64,000 nucleotides of DNA from a virus. Lineage: Duplodnaviria > Caudoviricetes. The translations under genes and the position numbers were made by a program. A model generated the notes under the pieces. It saw only the letters and a program-made list of their open reading frames with translations. It was not told where the DNA came from and did no database searches. Where the stretch lies: positions 32,001-96,000 of IMG/VR virus record IMGVR_UViG_2920951204_000001; one strand, 5' to 3'. Below are positions 35,401 to 47,011 of this stretch, piece by piece (the stretch's first letter is position 1; every line of letters starts with the position of its first letter).

Positions 35401-38400
35401 TCTCTCCATTTCTTAATTCTTACGGGATAATTCACATTCTCTTTGTATGTTTTTAACTGCACTTTTGCATCTGCTCTGTCTTCACAATTACATTCAATAT
35501 TCCATCCATAACCACAATTTCCTTCGATTGCGTAGCAATCTTTTGTTCTTCTCTTATATGCCATTATCGTAATCCCTCCTCTGTATATTCTGCATAACTA
35601 ATATGCCATCCTTCGTCTTTATGTCTCTCTAACAACTGCTTTAATTCATCATCCGAATATCCAGCTTTCCAACCTACAATATATCCATTCTTATCTCTTA
35701 TACATAATTCCACATCTTTTTTCATATCAATATTCCTCCTCATAAAATTTAATTGTTCTTTCCTTTTCAGCTTCATATTTCGCTTTATCAGTAAACAATG
35801 TGAGATAAATATCTCCCTCTGTATATGTAAACACTGCCATCTGTTCATCTGAATAAGCATAAGAACTATATCCGTCTACCTGAACTAAATCGAATTTGCA
35901 TTTCTTTGCAAACTGGTAACTTAAATCGGACATCCAATGTCCACCTAACATGTAATTACCATTTCTATCTTCTGTCTCTTCCATGAAGTTTACATTTGCA
36001 ATCCGTTTTGTATCTTCATTTAGTGAATATGCGGATAAATCTAAGTCTGCAATTTCATATTCGCTTTCTACTTTCTTCACTCCAAGTTTTCCAATTAATT
36101 CAAAATATTCATTTCTCGGAACATATTTCATACTAATCAACCTGCCTTTCTAATCTCTCCAACTTCTTGTTACTGTGTCATATAAAGCTCCGTTTGCATC
36201 CTGGTATTCATCGTCTTCTGAATATGTGAATACATAGCATTTATGACCATTAATATTTTTTGTTTTTCTTTCACCATATAAGATTGCATATCTTTCTCTG
36301 AAACCTGCACTATCACACATTTCTCTCATTTCTTCATCTCTCTTTGGATTTCCGCAAGCTGCTTGCACACATCCGTATAACCATCCATTCAGATAATCAA
36401 TATTATAACAATACTGTCTCCATGAATCTGAATCATCAGTGAATACATAGAAGCTCTCTCCATCGTCTCCTCTTGTAATCCGTGGCTTGCCAAAGTTTGC
36501 AATAAATGCCTGTAAATTGTCTTTAACAATTTCCATTTCGTTTTTTGTAAAATCATACATAATCATTTCCTCCTTGTAATAAAATAGGCAGCTAGGTATT
36601 TATTCTCCTAACTGCCTTTGCGTTTGCGTTATTTTTGTTTAGTTACTAAATTGAATTAATTCAAGATATTTTCTCTGTAGTTTTTCATTTGTAACTGTTC
36701 TGCCTGTCCGTGTTTCAAGTATATAATTCTTTTTATTTGATATACTTACATCAAATAACCTGTCCCCATTATTAAAATAATAGGTTTTCCCTTGAGTTCT
36801 AACAACTTTTAATCCATATTTCAAATAGTCATTATAATTATCTGCGTCAGCTTTATCTGTAAAATAGATTACTTTATTCTTATCTTTTACTTCATACATT
36901 TATATCATCGCTCCTTCCAAAGAAATCTTAGTTTCAATTGTCGTCTCCATCTTCGATTAATTCTTCGCATTCAGGACAACACAAGCATTTCTCTTTTTCG
37001 TTAAATGCTAAGTCAACTATCCCAAAATTTGTGTCCCATCTATATCCACAAGCGGGACATTCTGATGTGTTTTCATCTATTATAATTTTGTAACCCATAT
37101 TTGCCTCCAATCTTCTAAAGAAATGCGAATTTTATTACCAATTCATCACAGTACAACATTCTTCTGTTTTTAATCCGTTTTCTTTACAAAATCCCTCTGC
37201 TTCTTCCCACGCAGTAAAAGATATAACGTTTGGTTCTTCATCTTCTGTATCATTCCATGTTACATATACCATTTTTATACCTACCTTTCTAATCTAATGA
37301 AACACGCATTTATTTAGTTATATTCTGGTAGTGTTTGCAATTCTTACACTCGCTACATTCACACCTAATTCCCTTATCTGCATTTATTTTGTAAATACAT
37401 TCAGGTTCTTTATCTAATGGCATTTTATACCTCCATTTCCCTTATTATAAGTGACTCTTGTATCAAAATGATATTCTTTTAATTTTGTTTCATCTAATTT
37501 CAATACACCGTAAGCAATCATATCGTTTAATTCATCCATTCTGATAAAACACCCGTTAGAATTGTTTTCAGATACATTAAAATCTGAAGGATACATTCTA
37601 TCCATAATTATTACCTCCTTATAAAATATCCATTTTATGATATTGTCTCCCTCCTTTTACTTAATAAATGCTAAAATGTTATCTTTTTTCCTGCCATATA
37701 ACCGGCAAGGTGTCTCATGTGCTTCTGCATTCTTAATGTCGATTAGTTCAACAGTTTCGATCCAATGCGGATACCTTCTATTACCCTGATTATACGACAC
37801 CTTTAAAGCTAAATATAAGGGTTTACCGGGCTTCCGCTCTCTTGCTTTTCTAATTCCTTCTATAACATTTTTTTCCTTTGCTTCCTGTAAAATTCTACAA
37901 TGTGAATATGGAATATTTTCCACTGATTTTTCCGCCATCTGATTAATTTTTTTATAATCTTTTAATGTTATTGTTTTCATTTTAAAACCTCCTACCATCT
38001 CAATATCTCTTCTTTCCGTTGTATCTGTATAAGTCTTTGAAAATCATTTTCACCCATCAAACAAGCTGCTTTATGTCCCAGTTTTACAATCACAAATAAC
38101 TTTCCATGTCTATAATAGCGATTAATAACTTTGATTTTATTCATTTTTACCTCCTCTTAACTTTTCTATTGTTTGATTTAACTTTCCAATGCCACAAATA
38201 TATTTTTTACCTTCCATAAAAATAGCATAGTGATCAGATTCTCTTTTTACTTCCATGTTTTCATTAATGTATATATGCATTGATTCCACCTCCTTATTTT
38301 TCCTTAACGCTTATAATTACATCATCTGTTATATTGTTTTTTGTTCCGTTGTCGTGTATTTTTAATATGTATGTTTTACCCTTTTTAAATTTTCCACTAT

Positions 38401-40139
38401 ATCCCCATGCGTTCCCATCCTCCGTATAAAAGGTATTTATTCCTTTTATTTTTCCAGCATATATGGCTTTTTCTGTGCGTTCTGTTACATATTTGTAATA
38501 ATTTCCTTCTGTTTTTATGTCGCTTTGAATTGCGTAAGTTGTGTTTTGAATATTTAAAAATTTTCCAATACATAGAATTAATAAAGCAGTGGCGGCGATC
38601 ATTCCTGCTGTCGCCGCCCTATTTACTAATTGATGTTTACGCTCTCTAACTGTCATTTTTCTACCTCCTGACTCCTGAATTTTTTTATAAATTATATTTA
38701 TTAAGTGATAAATTTCCGTTTTTACAATATTCATTCATTAATTTAATCGCATCTAACTCATATAATTGTGTTGTATATATGCAAGTTACTAAAAAGTTTT
38801 TTATAGTTTTTGCCGTTATGTCATTGATTAAATTATATTTTTTTAAAATTTTATCCATCTTTTTTTCTGCTTGTATTGCATTCATGTTTTTACCTCCTTT
38901 TATAAAATTCATTCAATGCTTCATTTATCCATATAGATTTTACCTGCTGAAATTCTGAACCGTAAATAAAGTCTAAAGCGTCACAAAATGCTTCATATTG
39001 TGCCAATTCGGTACTATCAAAAATGCTTTTTTGGAAAGAATTATATTTTGAACAATTCAAATGCAATTCTTTAAAATATTCTTTACATTCATTTAATTTT
39101 TTCATTTTTCTACCTCCAATTTTCAAAAAATAAAAAGCAACCTATAAAATTTATAGATTGCTTTATAAAGTGTTATTTAGTTGTTTTATTAATTAAATGA
39201 AATACATTTCCCCATTGATCTCTAAAGCGATGGCATCCTGCTTTAACTCTTCCTTAAGTTCTGTACAAAGATCTATCACTTTATCGATTCCGTTTTGTAA
39301 GTCGTTCTCGTTACAATATGCGAAAACTGTTGTACTTTTTTCTTTAACTAATCCGGCTGTCGGTGACTTCCAATAGCCGAGTGTGGTCGTTGCTGTTGCT
39401 CCACCGAATAGATCAGACATTAGAGACGCTACACGGTCAACGTATGGAGTATTGTCTATTTCTTCATTAATATTGATGGTTGCCGGAACGATAACAGTTA
39501 CCTTGCTGCTAAGTTTAAATAAATTCTGAAGTTTTGAGTTTTTAATCATTGCTTGATCCTCCTAAATTGTTTTTATTATATAATTTTATTAGTTATTTAT
39601 GCAAGCGATTTATTAGCATTTTTCAAGGGATATGACTAATTTTTATATTGATATGTTTAATCTTTGCGATCCCTTCCATACAGTCAGGATATACCAGATA
39701 TAAAAACGTCTCACGTTTGTTACTTTTATAAATCGTTTGCATCTTATAATTAATAAAATTTGTTTAGTGCCATTAATTAGCTGTATTCTTATGGGGTTGT
39801 ATCTTATACTCTACCCGATGGACAGCTTGCCATGCCTATATTTTGATAACGGAGGTAGTTAGGCATCCTCCAAGCTATTAGGTTATCATTGTGCATAAAA
39901 GGCAAGTTGTAATTGAATACCACGGCTTGACCGCTTGCCTGATATATTATTCTCTCTTAGTGCTGTGTTAGCTTGCCGTTTAGATACTTGTATTCAACAC
40001 TGTTGATTGAGAATAAAACATAATCAATTGAGCTGTTAGAATCTGCCTCTAAAAGAGTGATACTTTTAAGAGTTGGCTCAAATCCATAGTTCTTTTTCAT
40101 TTCATTTTTAACAAATTTTTTAATATCGTTTTTTGTCAT
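29473..40139 (-). other. Long array (about 30) of short, mostly acidic phage early genes of unknown function
   Basis: Co-oriented 40-220 aa ORFs with SDs; junction repeats seen between 31.7 and 37.3 kb. Confidence 0.7.
39193..39549 (-). CDS. DUF3574/PII-like protein, possible SAM lyase-like
   Basis: LFGGAT...GYW...LVKE...QDAIALE pattern. Confidence 0.4.
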   Translation of the reverse strand: MIKNSKLQNLFKLSSKVTVIVPATININEEIDNTPYVDRVASLMSDLFGGATATTTLGYWKSPTAGLVKEKSTTVFAYCNENDLQNGIDKVIDLCTELKEELKQDAIALEINGEMYFI

Positions 40140-40183
40140 AGTGACGACCTCCTTTTATTGACACCTTGCAGCTTGTTTTTATA

Positions 40184-40195
40184 GAACAGCCGTTC
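40184..40195. promoter_or_regulatory. Second LexA-type box
   Basis: GAAC-AGCC-GTTC upstream of the first left-arm gene (39957-40139). Confidence 0.5.
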
Positions 40196-40387
40196 GTTTT
40201 GGTGTGTTTCCCTTTCTTTATCTTATATAAGTATTATACTATACTTATATTGAAATATCAATACTTTTATTGATAAAATAGTATACAAAGATCAATACTT
40301 TTACCATTATATTTTTGTGCATATTGACATATTAAAAATAGTATTGTATAATCAATATTAATTTTATATAAGAGGAGTAAAAGCAAT

Positions 40388-40609
40388 ATGAGATATAATG
40401 GTGATATAATGGAGATCATGAAAAAGATTGAACATATTAAAATTGACGAAAATATAACGAATAAAGATATTTCAGAAAAGACCGGAAAGAGCAAGCAAAC
40501 TGTAAGCAATTTATTAAATGGGCAATCTAAAAACATAACCTTAGACACCTTAAAAAACTTAAGCGATGCTGTGGGCTATGATCTTATTATTGATTTTAAG
40601 AAAAAATAA
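40388..40609 (+). CDS. XRE-family HTH regulator
   Basis: NKDISEKTGKSKQTVSNLL...TLDTL. Confidence 0.85.
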   Translation: MRYNGDIMEIMKKIEHIKIDENITNKDISEKTGKSKQTVSNLLNGQSKNITLDTLKNLSDAVGYDLIIDFKKK

Positions 40610-40693
40610 ACAAATGGATCATATAAACATGATTAGATCAGATCATAGATAAAAATAAATTAATAATGACCTGCTGCGATTGTGAGCTAAGTT

Positions 40694-40792
40694 ATGTTAA
40701 TAAGTTTATAAGCCGGCTTAAAGTTAAGCGGAAAAAATGTTAATAACTATGTTAATAACTATGTTGTGAAAAATGTTAATAATGTTAATAAC
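40694..40792. repeat. Clustered ATGTTAATAA(CT) repeats
   Basis: Five copies, some in tandem. Confidence 0.7.
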
Positions 40793-41781
40793 TTTTGTTG
40801 CAAATGCAACGCTTGTATATCGAACTTTATATTGATTCACTACACCCCAGATCGCCATGGATCACCTAAAGACATTTACTTATATTACATAGTATTAAAA
40901 ACTACATTTCATAGTTTTATCTTTTATAAAATCGGTAAAAATAACATAAGTACCGATTTTTATATTTTTTTACTTAAAAACAAAGGTTTGTATTCTGGTT
41001 TTGTTTATTTTTTTGATTATGTCCGGGGGGGTGGGTTTACATTTTAAAAACCGACACAATCCCGGAAAAATCGCTTATCTGTTCCACTCACACATAACTC
41101 AAATTTTTCATCGTCATTTTGCACAAAATTTCTACCACCAACTTCGACAACTACTTCGATAATTCCATAGTATTTTTCAAAAACTTCATATAAATACCCA
41201 TTTTTTCATATTATGCAATTTGCACAAAACCTATCATAAAAATTTTGTATGTTCAGGGAATACGTAAAATTCCTTTAAAAATAAACAATTTATCGAACAA
41301 CGTTAAATTTATTTCAAAAGCCAAATCAAAAATCAACAACATTTCCTCTTCTGTCTTTTAAAATTACAAATATTTAAAGCTAAAATTAGATTCAAACCAT
41401 ATGTTCCATCGAACCATTATGCAAAACCACTAATAATAATCACGTCCAATTATGCAAAAATTACTCCAATTTCGCATAGAGATTTTTTTAAAAACGCCAC
41501 ATCTATCCACAAAGCAAAAATAACCTATTTTTTCACTTTTTAACCTTAATCAATAAAATACTCACTCGATTCATAAAAATCAAAATTAGGCACCATTTTT
41601 TACGTCACAAATATATTCCTACCAAATTATCTTTGTGTATGTTTCACAAATATATTTTATAATTAGATTTATTTTTGTATATTATGTACAATTCCATTCA
41701 CTTTGCGTAATACAACATCAAAAATAAAAGAAAAAAGAGAATAATTATATAAACAAAATAAATTTAAGGAGGTTCTTTTAA

Positions 41782-42630
41782 ATGGACTATAGTGAAACAT
41801 TTACTTATGTGGACAAAAATGATAGTATTGGAATAAATGATAAGGAGGTTAATAATTATATGGATATTTACGATTACATGTATTGGGAAGATTATAATGC
41901 TCAAATACAAGCACTTGCTGAAAAGGCTTTACCTGAAAAATGGAGTTTTGAAGATAAAGAAGACAACTCAATATTAAAAAATTATTTAAAAGACACGTTT
42001 AATAAATTACAAGATGAAGGAAAAGTTATTGAAACAGATACATATTGTGTATTTAATACCGGATTATTTTCACATTATTATGTTCCTATTTATGTTTATG
42101 GTGAGCTAAATAAAAATACAACAGAAAATGCTGCTAGATGGTACTTTAAAGGATTTAAAGATGAATACGAATTAGGAAACATGGACATAGAAAGTGATTT
42201 TCCTGAAAGAGCAGATTATTTTTCTAATCCTGATAGATTAGTATTCAATTGGCATTACAAAATAAATATTAATTATAAACATATTCTTGATGATTTAAAT
42301 ACATCTCAGCGTTTACCGGATTCAATTAAAAATAGTGACACTCCATTAGAGACATTAAGTGGAGTTATAACCAAAGCAATTCAGAAAGTAACTGCAAATT
42401 ATAAATTAGCTGTTCCACATTATTATCAAAATAAAATACAGCTTCTTATTCCATTATATTTTGGTAAAAATAAAAATCCTAGTATCGCATTAGTTTTAAA
42501 TTTAATGAAAAATGGATATTATCAAGCAACTACTTGTTTATCAATGGAAATGGCATATATGGATGCAAGGTTAATAGCAAAACCAGAATCCAATTGGTTA
42601 ATAGTTGAAAATATAATTGAAACAGAGTGA
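41782..42630 (+). CDS. DUF3825 domain protein
   Basis: FNTGL...IY and AVPHYY.NKIQLLIPL motifs. Confidence 0.75.
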   Translation: MDYSETFTYVDKNDSIGINDKEVNNYMDIYDYMYWEDYNAQIQALAEKALPEKWSFEDKEDNSILKNYLKDTFNKLQDEGKVIETDTYCVFNTGLFSHYYVPIYVYGELNKNTTENAARWYFKGFKDEYELGNMDIESDFPERADYFSNPDRLVFNWHYKININYKHILDDLNTSQRLPDSIKNSDTPLETLSGVITKAIQKVTANYKLAVPHYYQNKIQLLIPLYFGKNKNPSIALVLNLMKNGYYQATTCLSMEMAYMDARLIAKPESNWLIVENIIETE

Positions 42631-42768
42631 TAAAAGCAAATAAGTTTAAGTAAAATAGAAAGACAGGTTGATAATTCAGTCTGTCTTTTTCTTTGCCAAA
42701 AAATATTAACAAATAGAGAATATATAAATATAAGAATAAAACTATGTAAAACAAAAGGAGAAAATCTT

Positions 42769-43584
42769 ATGAGTTTAAAATTAATCACAACGGAAACATT
42801 CAATAATTTACCATGTAACTTCTACAGAAATACAAATGATGACATACTTCTTACAAGAGAACAAATTGGGCAAGCATTGGAATATGCTAATCCACAGAAA
42901 GCAATTGATAATATTCACTCTAAACATAGAGATAGGCTAAATGAATTATCAGTTACCACCAAACTAAGGGCTACTGACGGAAAATGTTATAACACAATGC
43001 TTTATACAGAGCGAGGAATAATGGAAATATGCCGTTGGTCTCGACAAAGAAACGCTAACCTCTTCATGGATTGGGTATGGGATATTGTGGAAAATTATAG
43101 ACACAATAACTTTAATACAACTCCAAATATGCAACCATTAGTAGATAACTTGACTACTCTCACTTCTACTTTGTTGCAAATGCAACAAGATATAAACATA
43201 TTAAAAGAAGAATCTACAAAGAAAGCAATTCCTGAGAAGAAATATTCACGTTGGAAAACAAAAATATTTGAAAAACTAAGAGTTTTAATGGATTTCGTAA
43301 ATAGTAACTCTAATGAAGAATTAAAATTATCAGATATTATTCATTTAGTAATACAAGAAACAGAAGATACATATGACATTGAAGTTAATGATTATGTACA
43401 AATGTATAAACAGGAATTTGGATTGGAAACAAATCCTTATGCAATAGATGTTATTAATTATTATAAAGATATAAAAGATATGTTTGATTGTACTCTTCTA
43501 TCATTAATGAATAGATTTAATCTTCAGGTAGAACCAAATCAAAAAAGAGAAAATATATTTGATGTATTAGCAGCAAATATATAA
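42769..43584 (+). CDS. Bro-N domain (antirepressor-like) protein
   Basis: TREQIGQALEYANPQKAI...TDGK.Y...LYTERGI. Confidence 0.8.
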   Translation: MSLKLITTETFNNLPCNFYRNTNDDILLTREQIGQALEYANPQKAIDNIHSKHRDRLNELSVTTKLRATDGKCYNTMLYTERGIMEICRWSRQRNANLFMDWVWDIVENYRHNNFNTTPNMQPLVDNLTTLTSTLLQMQQDINILKEESTKKAIPEKKYSRWKTKIFEKLRVLMDFVNSNSNEELKLSDIIHLVIQETEDTYDIEVNDYVQMYKQEFGLETNPYAIDVINYYKDIKDMFDCTLLSLMNRFNLQVEPNQKRENIFDVLAANI

Positions 43585-43771
43585 CTATTGATGAAATGGA
43601 TGGAGAATAATATAAATGAAAAATAAAACAACTTATTGAATCAACCAACAACAATCAATTAAAAAATTAAAGAGTAAATGGGCGTTAGACCATTTACGAA
43701 GTTATTATACTTTTTTATATATTTATGCTTTTTTATATTACTCTTTATGCTTTTATACTATATACCTACTT

Positions 43772-43865
43772 TTTGGGAAAATTTTCACACAGAATTATAT
43801 ACCCCTTTGGGAAAATTTTCACACAAACTTAATGATAGCACTAAATTTTTGGGAAAATTTTCACA
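43772..43865 (+). repeat. Three 18-bp iterons TTTGGGAAAATTTTCACA (putative origin)
   Basis: Exact copies at 43772, 43806, 43848 after an AT-rich tract. Confidence 0.85.
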
Positions 43866-43894
43866 TAGAATTTTTAATGAAAGGAGCGATTGAA

Positions 43895-44704
43895 ATAGAC
43901 ACTTATATTTACTTATCTGAAAAAGATAAACAAATAACCTCTGTTGGCTTTTCTAAAAAAGAAATTAAAAACCACAAAGGTATTTCAGGTCTTAAATATT
44001 ATCTCATTATTTTATATTTAAGAAAACATGTGCAAACATTTGGACAAATTACACTCACACTCAATGATTTATTACAGGAATTTGGTTATTCTACAAAGAC
44101 AAATAATAAATCTATTTATTCTGATTTTAGAGAAATCATTAAAACTGAAATTATAAATAAAGGATATGCAAGTTGTAATAAAGATATATTTATTATTAAA
44201 CCAAATGATTTATTCCATCTTCAAATGTCTTATGAAAACAATATTTTCTTCACAGAAGATAATTTTGTGCAGATTACTATTTTTGAATATGAAAATATTT
44301 GTTCCATTTCATCTAAAATAAATAAATCTGTTTTATTAGGCATTTATCTTTATATAAAACAGTTTATTATGGACTATTCAGGAGATATTACACCTGCTAA
44401 AATTTCTTTTCCGTCAAAATTGCAAATTGCAAAAGGACTAGATATTTCAGTTCAAACTGTCGAAAGCGGATTACTTGTATTGGAATCCAATAAATTAATT
44501 TATATACGTAGAGATATGTTTGTTGAGAACAAAAAAGAAGAAGGTATATATGTTCCTACACGAAATGTATATGCTCTTGATCCAAAAGAACTGGAAGGTA
44601 AATCTGTATTAATTGAATTAGAAAGAATATATGGAAAGAGAATATATAATAAGGAAGATGTACCTGGTGAAATAAGATATTTAACAAAGTCGAAAGGAGA
44701 ATAG
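43895..44704 (+). CDS. Putative replication initiator (winged-HTH), likely ATA/ATT start
   Basis: Immediately after the iterons; FPS..QIAKGLDIS..TV...L..L HTH; SD AAGGAG at 43881. Confidence 0.5.
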   Translation: MDTYIYLSEKDKQITSVGFSKKEIKNHKGISGLKYYLIILYLRKHVQTFGQITLTLNDLLQEFGYSTKTNNKSIYSDFREIIKTEIINKGYASCNKDIFIIKPNDLFHLQMSYENNIFFTEDNFVQITIFEYENICSISSKINKSVLLGIYLYIKQFIMDYSGDITPAKISFPSKLQIAKGLDISVQTVESGLLVLESNKLIYIRRDMFVENKKEEGIYVPTRNVYALDPKELEGKSVLIELERIYGKRIYNKEDVPGEIRYLTKSKGE

Positions 44705-44706
44705 GA

Positions 44707-45744
44707 TTGAACTTTACAAGTGGTAGACATTTAGCAAATTACATATTAAAAATTTTTAAAAATAACGAGATAAATATTCCTGATGAATGTGTTGAAGACA
44801 TTAAAGATTTATCAAAAATATTTACATATATAGAAAATCTTCCAAAAAATGTCAAGAATATTCTTGACCTATCAAATGAATATTACAATTGGATTGTATT
44901 ATCACAAAACGGAAAATATCAAGATTTATCTTCTATTTCCAAGGAAGGAAATGCAAATATTACAAAATTTACTAATAATCCTTCGATTATTTCTTTTAAT
45001 GAGGTATTTGAATCATTTGGATTGAATATGTCGTATGATTCATATTATTTACATCAAAAACCTAAACAAGATGATATTTATTACCCACATCATTTTAAGA
45101 TATTGGAAGGTACTCACAAAATGGCAAAATGGAATATTACATTTTATGATAAACCAATAATTCCTAAAGAAGAAAATTTTGGATGTTATTTCATCTATGA
45201 TAATAATGATCAGCTAGTTTATATTGGCAAAAGCAACATTCATCTTCTTGAACGTGCTTGCGAGTCTGCGAGAGAAAGAACAAATGGTAACTTTTCAAGA
45301 ATAGAATTATATCCGATGAAAACACAAGCTGATACAAATATATATGAATTATATTATATTGCACAATATGATCCAAAATACAATTCTGATTGTCGTTGCT
45401 TAGATAAACCTTCATTTATACTTCCAAAACAATTTCCAAAATATTCAGTTAATAGAGTTGGCACAGAAACATTTAATGTTGAACAAATATCTGTAAATCC
45501 AAAATATATTCCAGTTGAGGAATATTGGGAGAATCCACAAAAATATTATCTACAACTTGGTGAAAAAATTAATATGGAACATTTTTATCAATTTCATTCT
45601 CAGAATAAATATGGATTTATAAATGTTGAAGAATTTAGAAAACGTGTCACCGAGTTGCAAAATCAAGGTTATTTAACTTATGTATATAAGGATATAGGAA
45701 ATTGTTTTAGACAATTCTCAAATTCTCAACCAAGCAGAGAATAA
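44707..45744 (+). CDS. GIY-YIG nuclease domain protein
   Basis: GCYFIY...VYIGKS...R...ELYYI...PKYN. Confidence 0.7.
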   Translation: MNFTSGRHLANYILKIFKNNEINIPDECVEDIKDLSKIFTYIENLPKNVKNILDLSNEYYNWIVLSQNGKYQDLSSISKEGNANITKFTNNPSIISFNEVFESFGLNMSYDSYYLHQKPKQDDIYYPHHFKILEGTHKMAKWNITFYDKPIIPKEENFGCYFIYDNNDQLVYIGKSNIHLLERACESARERTNGNFSRIELYPMKTQADTNIYELYYIAQYDPKYNSDCRCLDKPSFILPKQFPKYSVNRVGTETFNVEQISVNPKYIPVEEYWENPQKYYLQLGEKINMEHFYQFHSQNKYGFINVEEFRKRVTELQNQGYLTYVYKDIGNCFRQFSNSQPSRE

Positions 45745-47011
45745 TAATATGTAATCATCTACTACTTCTACAATCTCATCATCTTCACTTCGAAAAAAAT
45801 TTACAAAAAATAAAAATTAAATATAGAAAGGAAATTAAAAAACTTGAAAAGACTTGAAAATAATAGACATAACAATTTTGGAGGAATTATTGATATAAAC
45901 GATTTCTCAACAAATACACCAAACAAAAAGAGAATAAATAATCAGATAGAAGCTGAATTACTTCAGAATGTTTTATTGAAAAAGAAAAAAGAAAAAGAAA
46001 TGGAGGAAAAATATAAACAAATGACACTTGAAGAATTAAAAGAAATGAGAATTATTTCAAATACTAACGGAAGACCCTCTTCTAATCTTACTAATGACAA
46101 ATGGCAAAAAGAATTTAATGTAAGAAAGCTGTTTATTAAGCCTTATCCTGCCAATATTAAAAAATTAACAGGAAAATATTCCAAGGAATCTGGAATGTGG
46201 AACGAAGAAACACAAGGTACGTATTGTGGTTGTACTAATTGGCAATCTTATTGTTCATTTATTAATGATATATTATCAAATATTCGAAGTGGACAAGTTG
46301 ACTATTGTTATTACATATATCAAATCGAAGAACTTCTTAAATTTCATTATAACAATTTAAAGACAAAATATTGTGACGGTTATTGGAAAGTGTGGTTAGA
46401 AAAGTAATATGTGTGAAATATGTCATCAAATACCGTGCGTACCGGGTTGTCCCAACTATGAACGACCACATAAAACTAGTAACCGCTGCCATTTTTGTAA
46501 TGATTATATCTGCGTTGGCGATGATTATGTTGTTAATTGGCTTGGAATGACAGCCCATTATCAATGTATGTCTACCACCAAAGATGAACTTGAATGGTTG
46601 GGTTATGAAGTTAAAACTATGGATGAATAATGTGTCGTTTTTGAAAAATGTAGAAAGGAATTAATCATGTATTGTTTTCAAAAGAAAGATGGAACTATTA
46701 AGAAACGTTATAAAGAAACTTTAAAATATATCACTACTTCAAGAATTAGACATAGTAAGATTACTTGTGGAAATACTGAAGAAGTTGTCGATGAATATGA
46801 TTGTTATGCCACTATTCCAAAGAAATTTACAGAATCCAGTAAAACATCTGTTATTAAAAAGATCAATGAAATTTGTATGGAATTTAGTTGTCAATATAAA
46901 ATTTGGTACAGTCACGATGATATTCAAATTGAATTTAACGGTGATAATGTTGAATTCATGTTAAATAAAATAAAAAAATACTTATAAAAGCATAACATAA
47001 AAGGAGGATAT

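Larger units (their letters stand above)
239..37314. repeat. Dispersed 18-bp palindromic junction repeat, consensus AWGAAA-N6-TTTCAT (22 copies found)
   Basis: Copies start at 239, 1003, 1721, 5346, 6705, 6941, 9232, 10909, 11109, 13476, 26301, 28081, 28316, 28548, 31763, 32179, 32687, 33218, 34920, 36920, 37118, 37297; nearly all at stop-codon/RBS junctions. Confidence 0.85.

Noticed and set aside
239-37314. CRISPR array or classical integron attC sites
   Set aside because: Repeats are dispersed between genes rather than regularly spaced, lack GTTRRRY/RYYYAAC boxes and long attC hairpins, and no cas genes were seen
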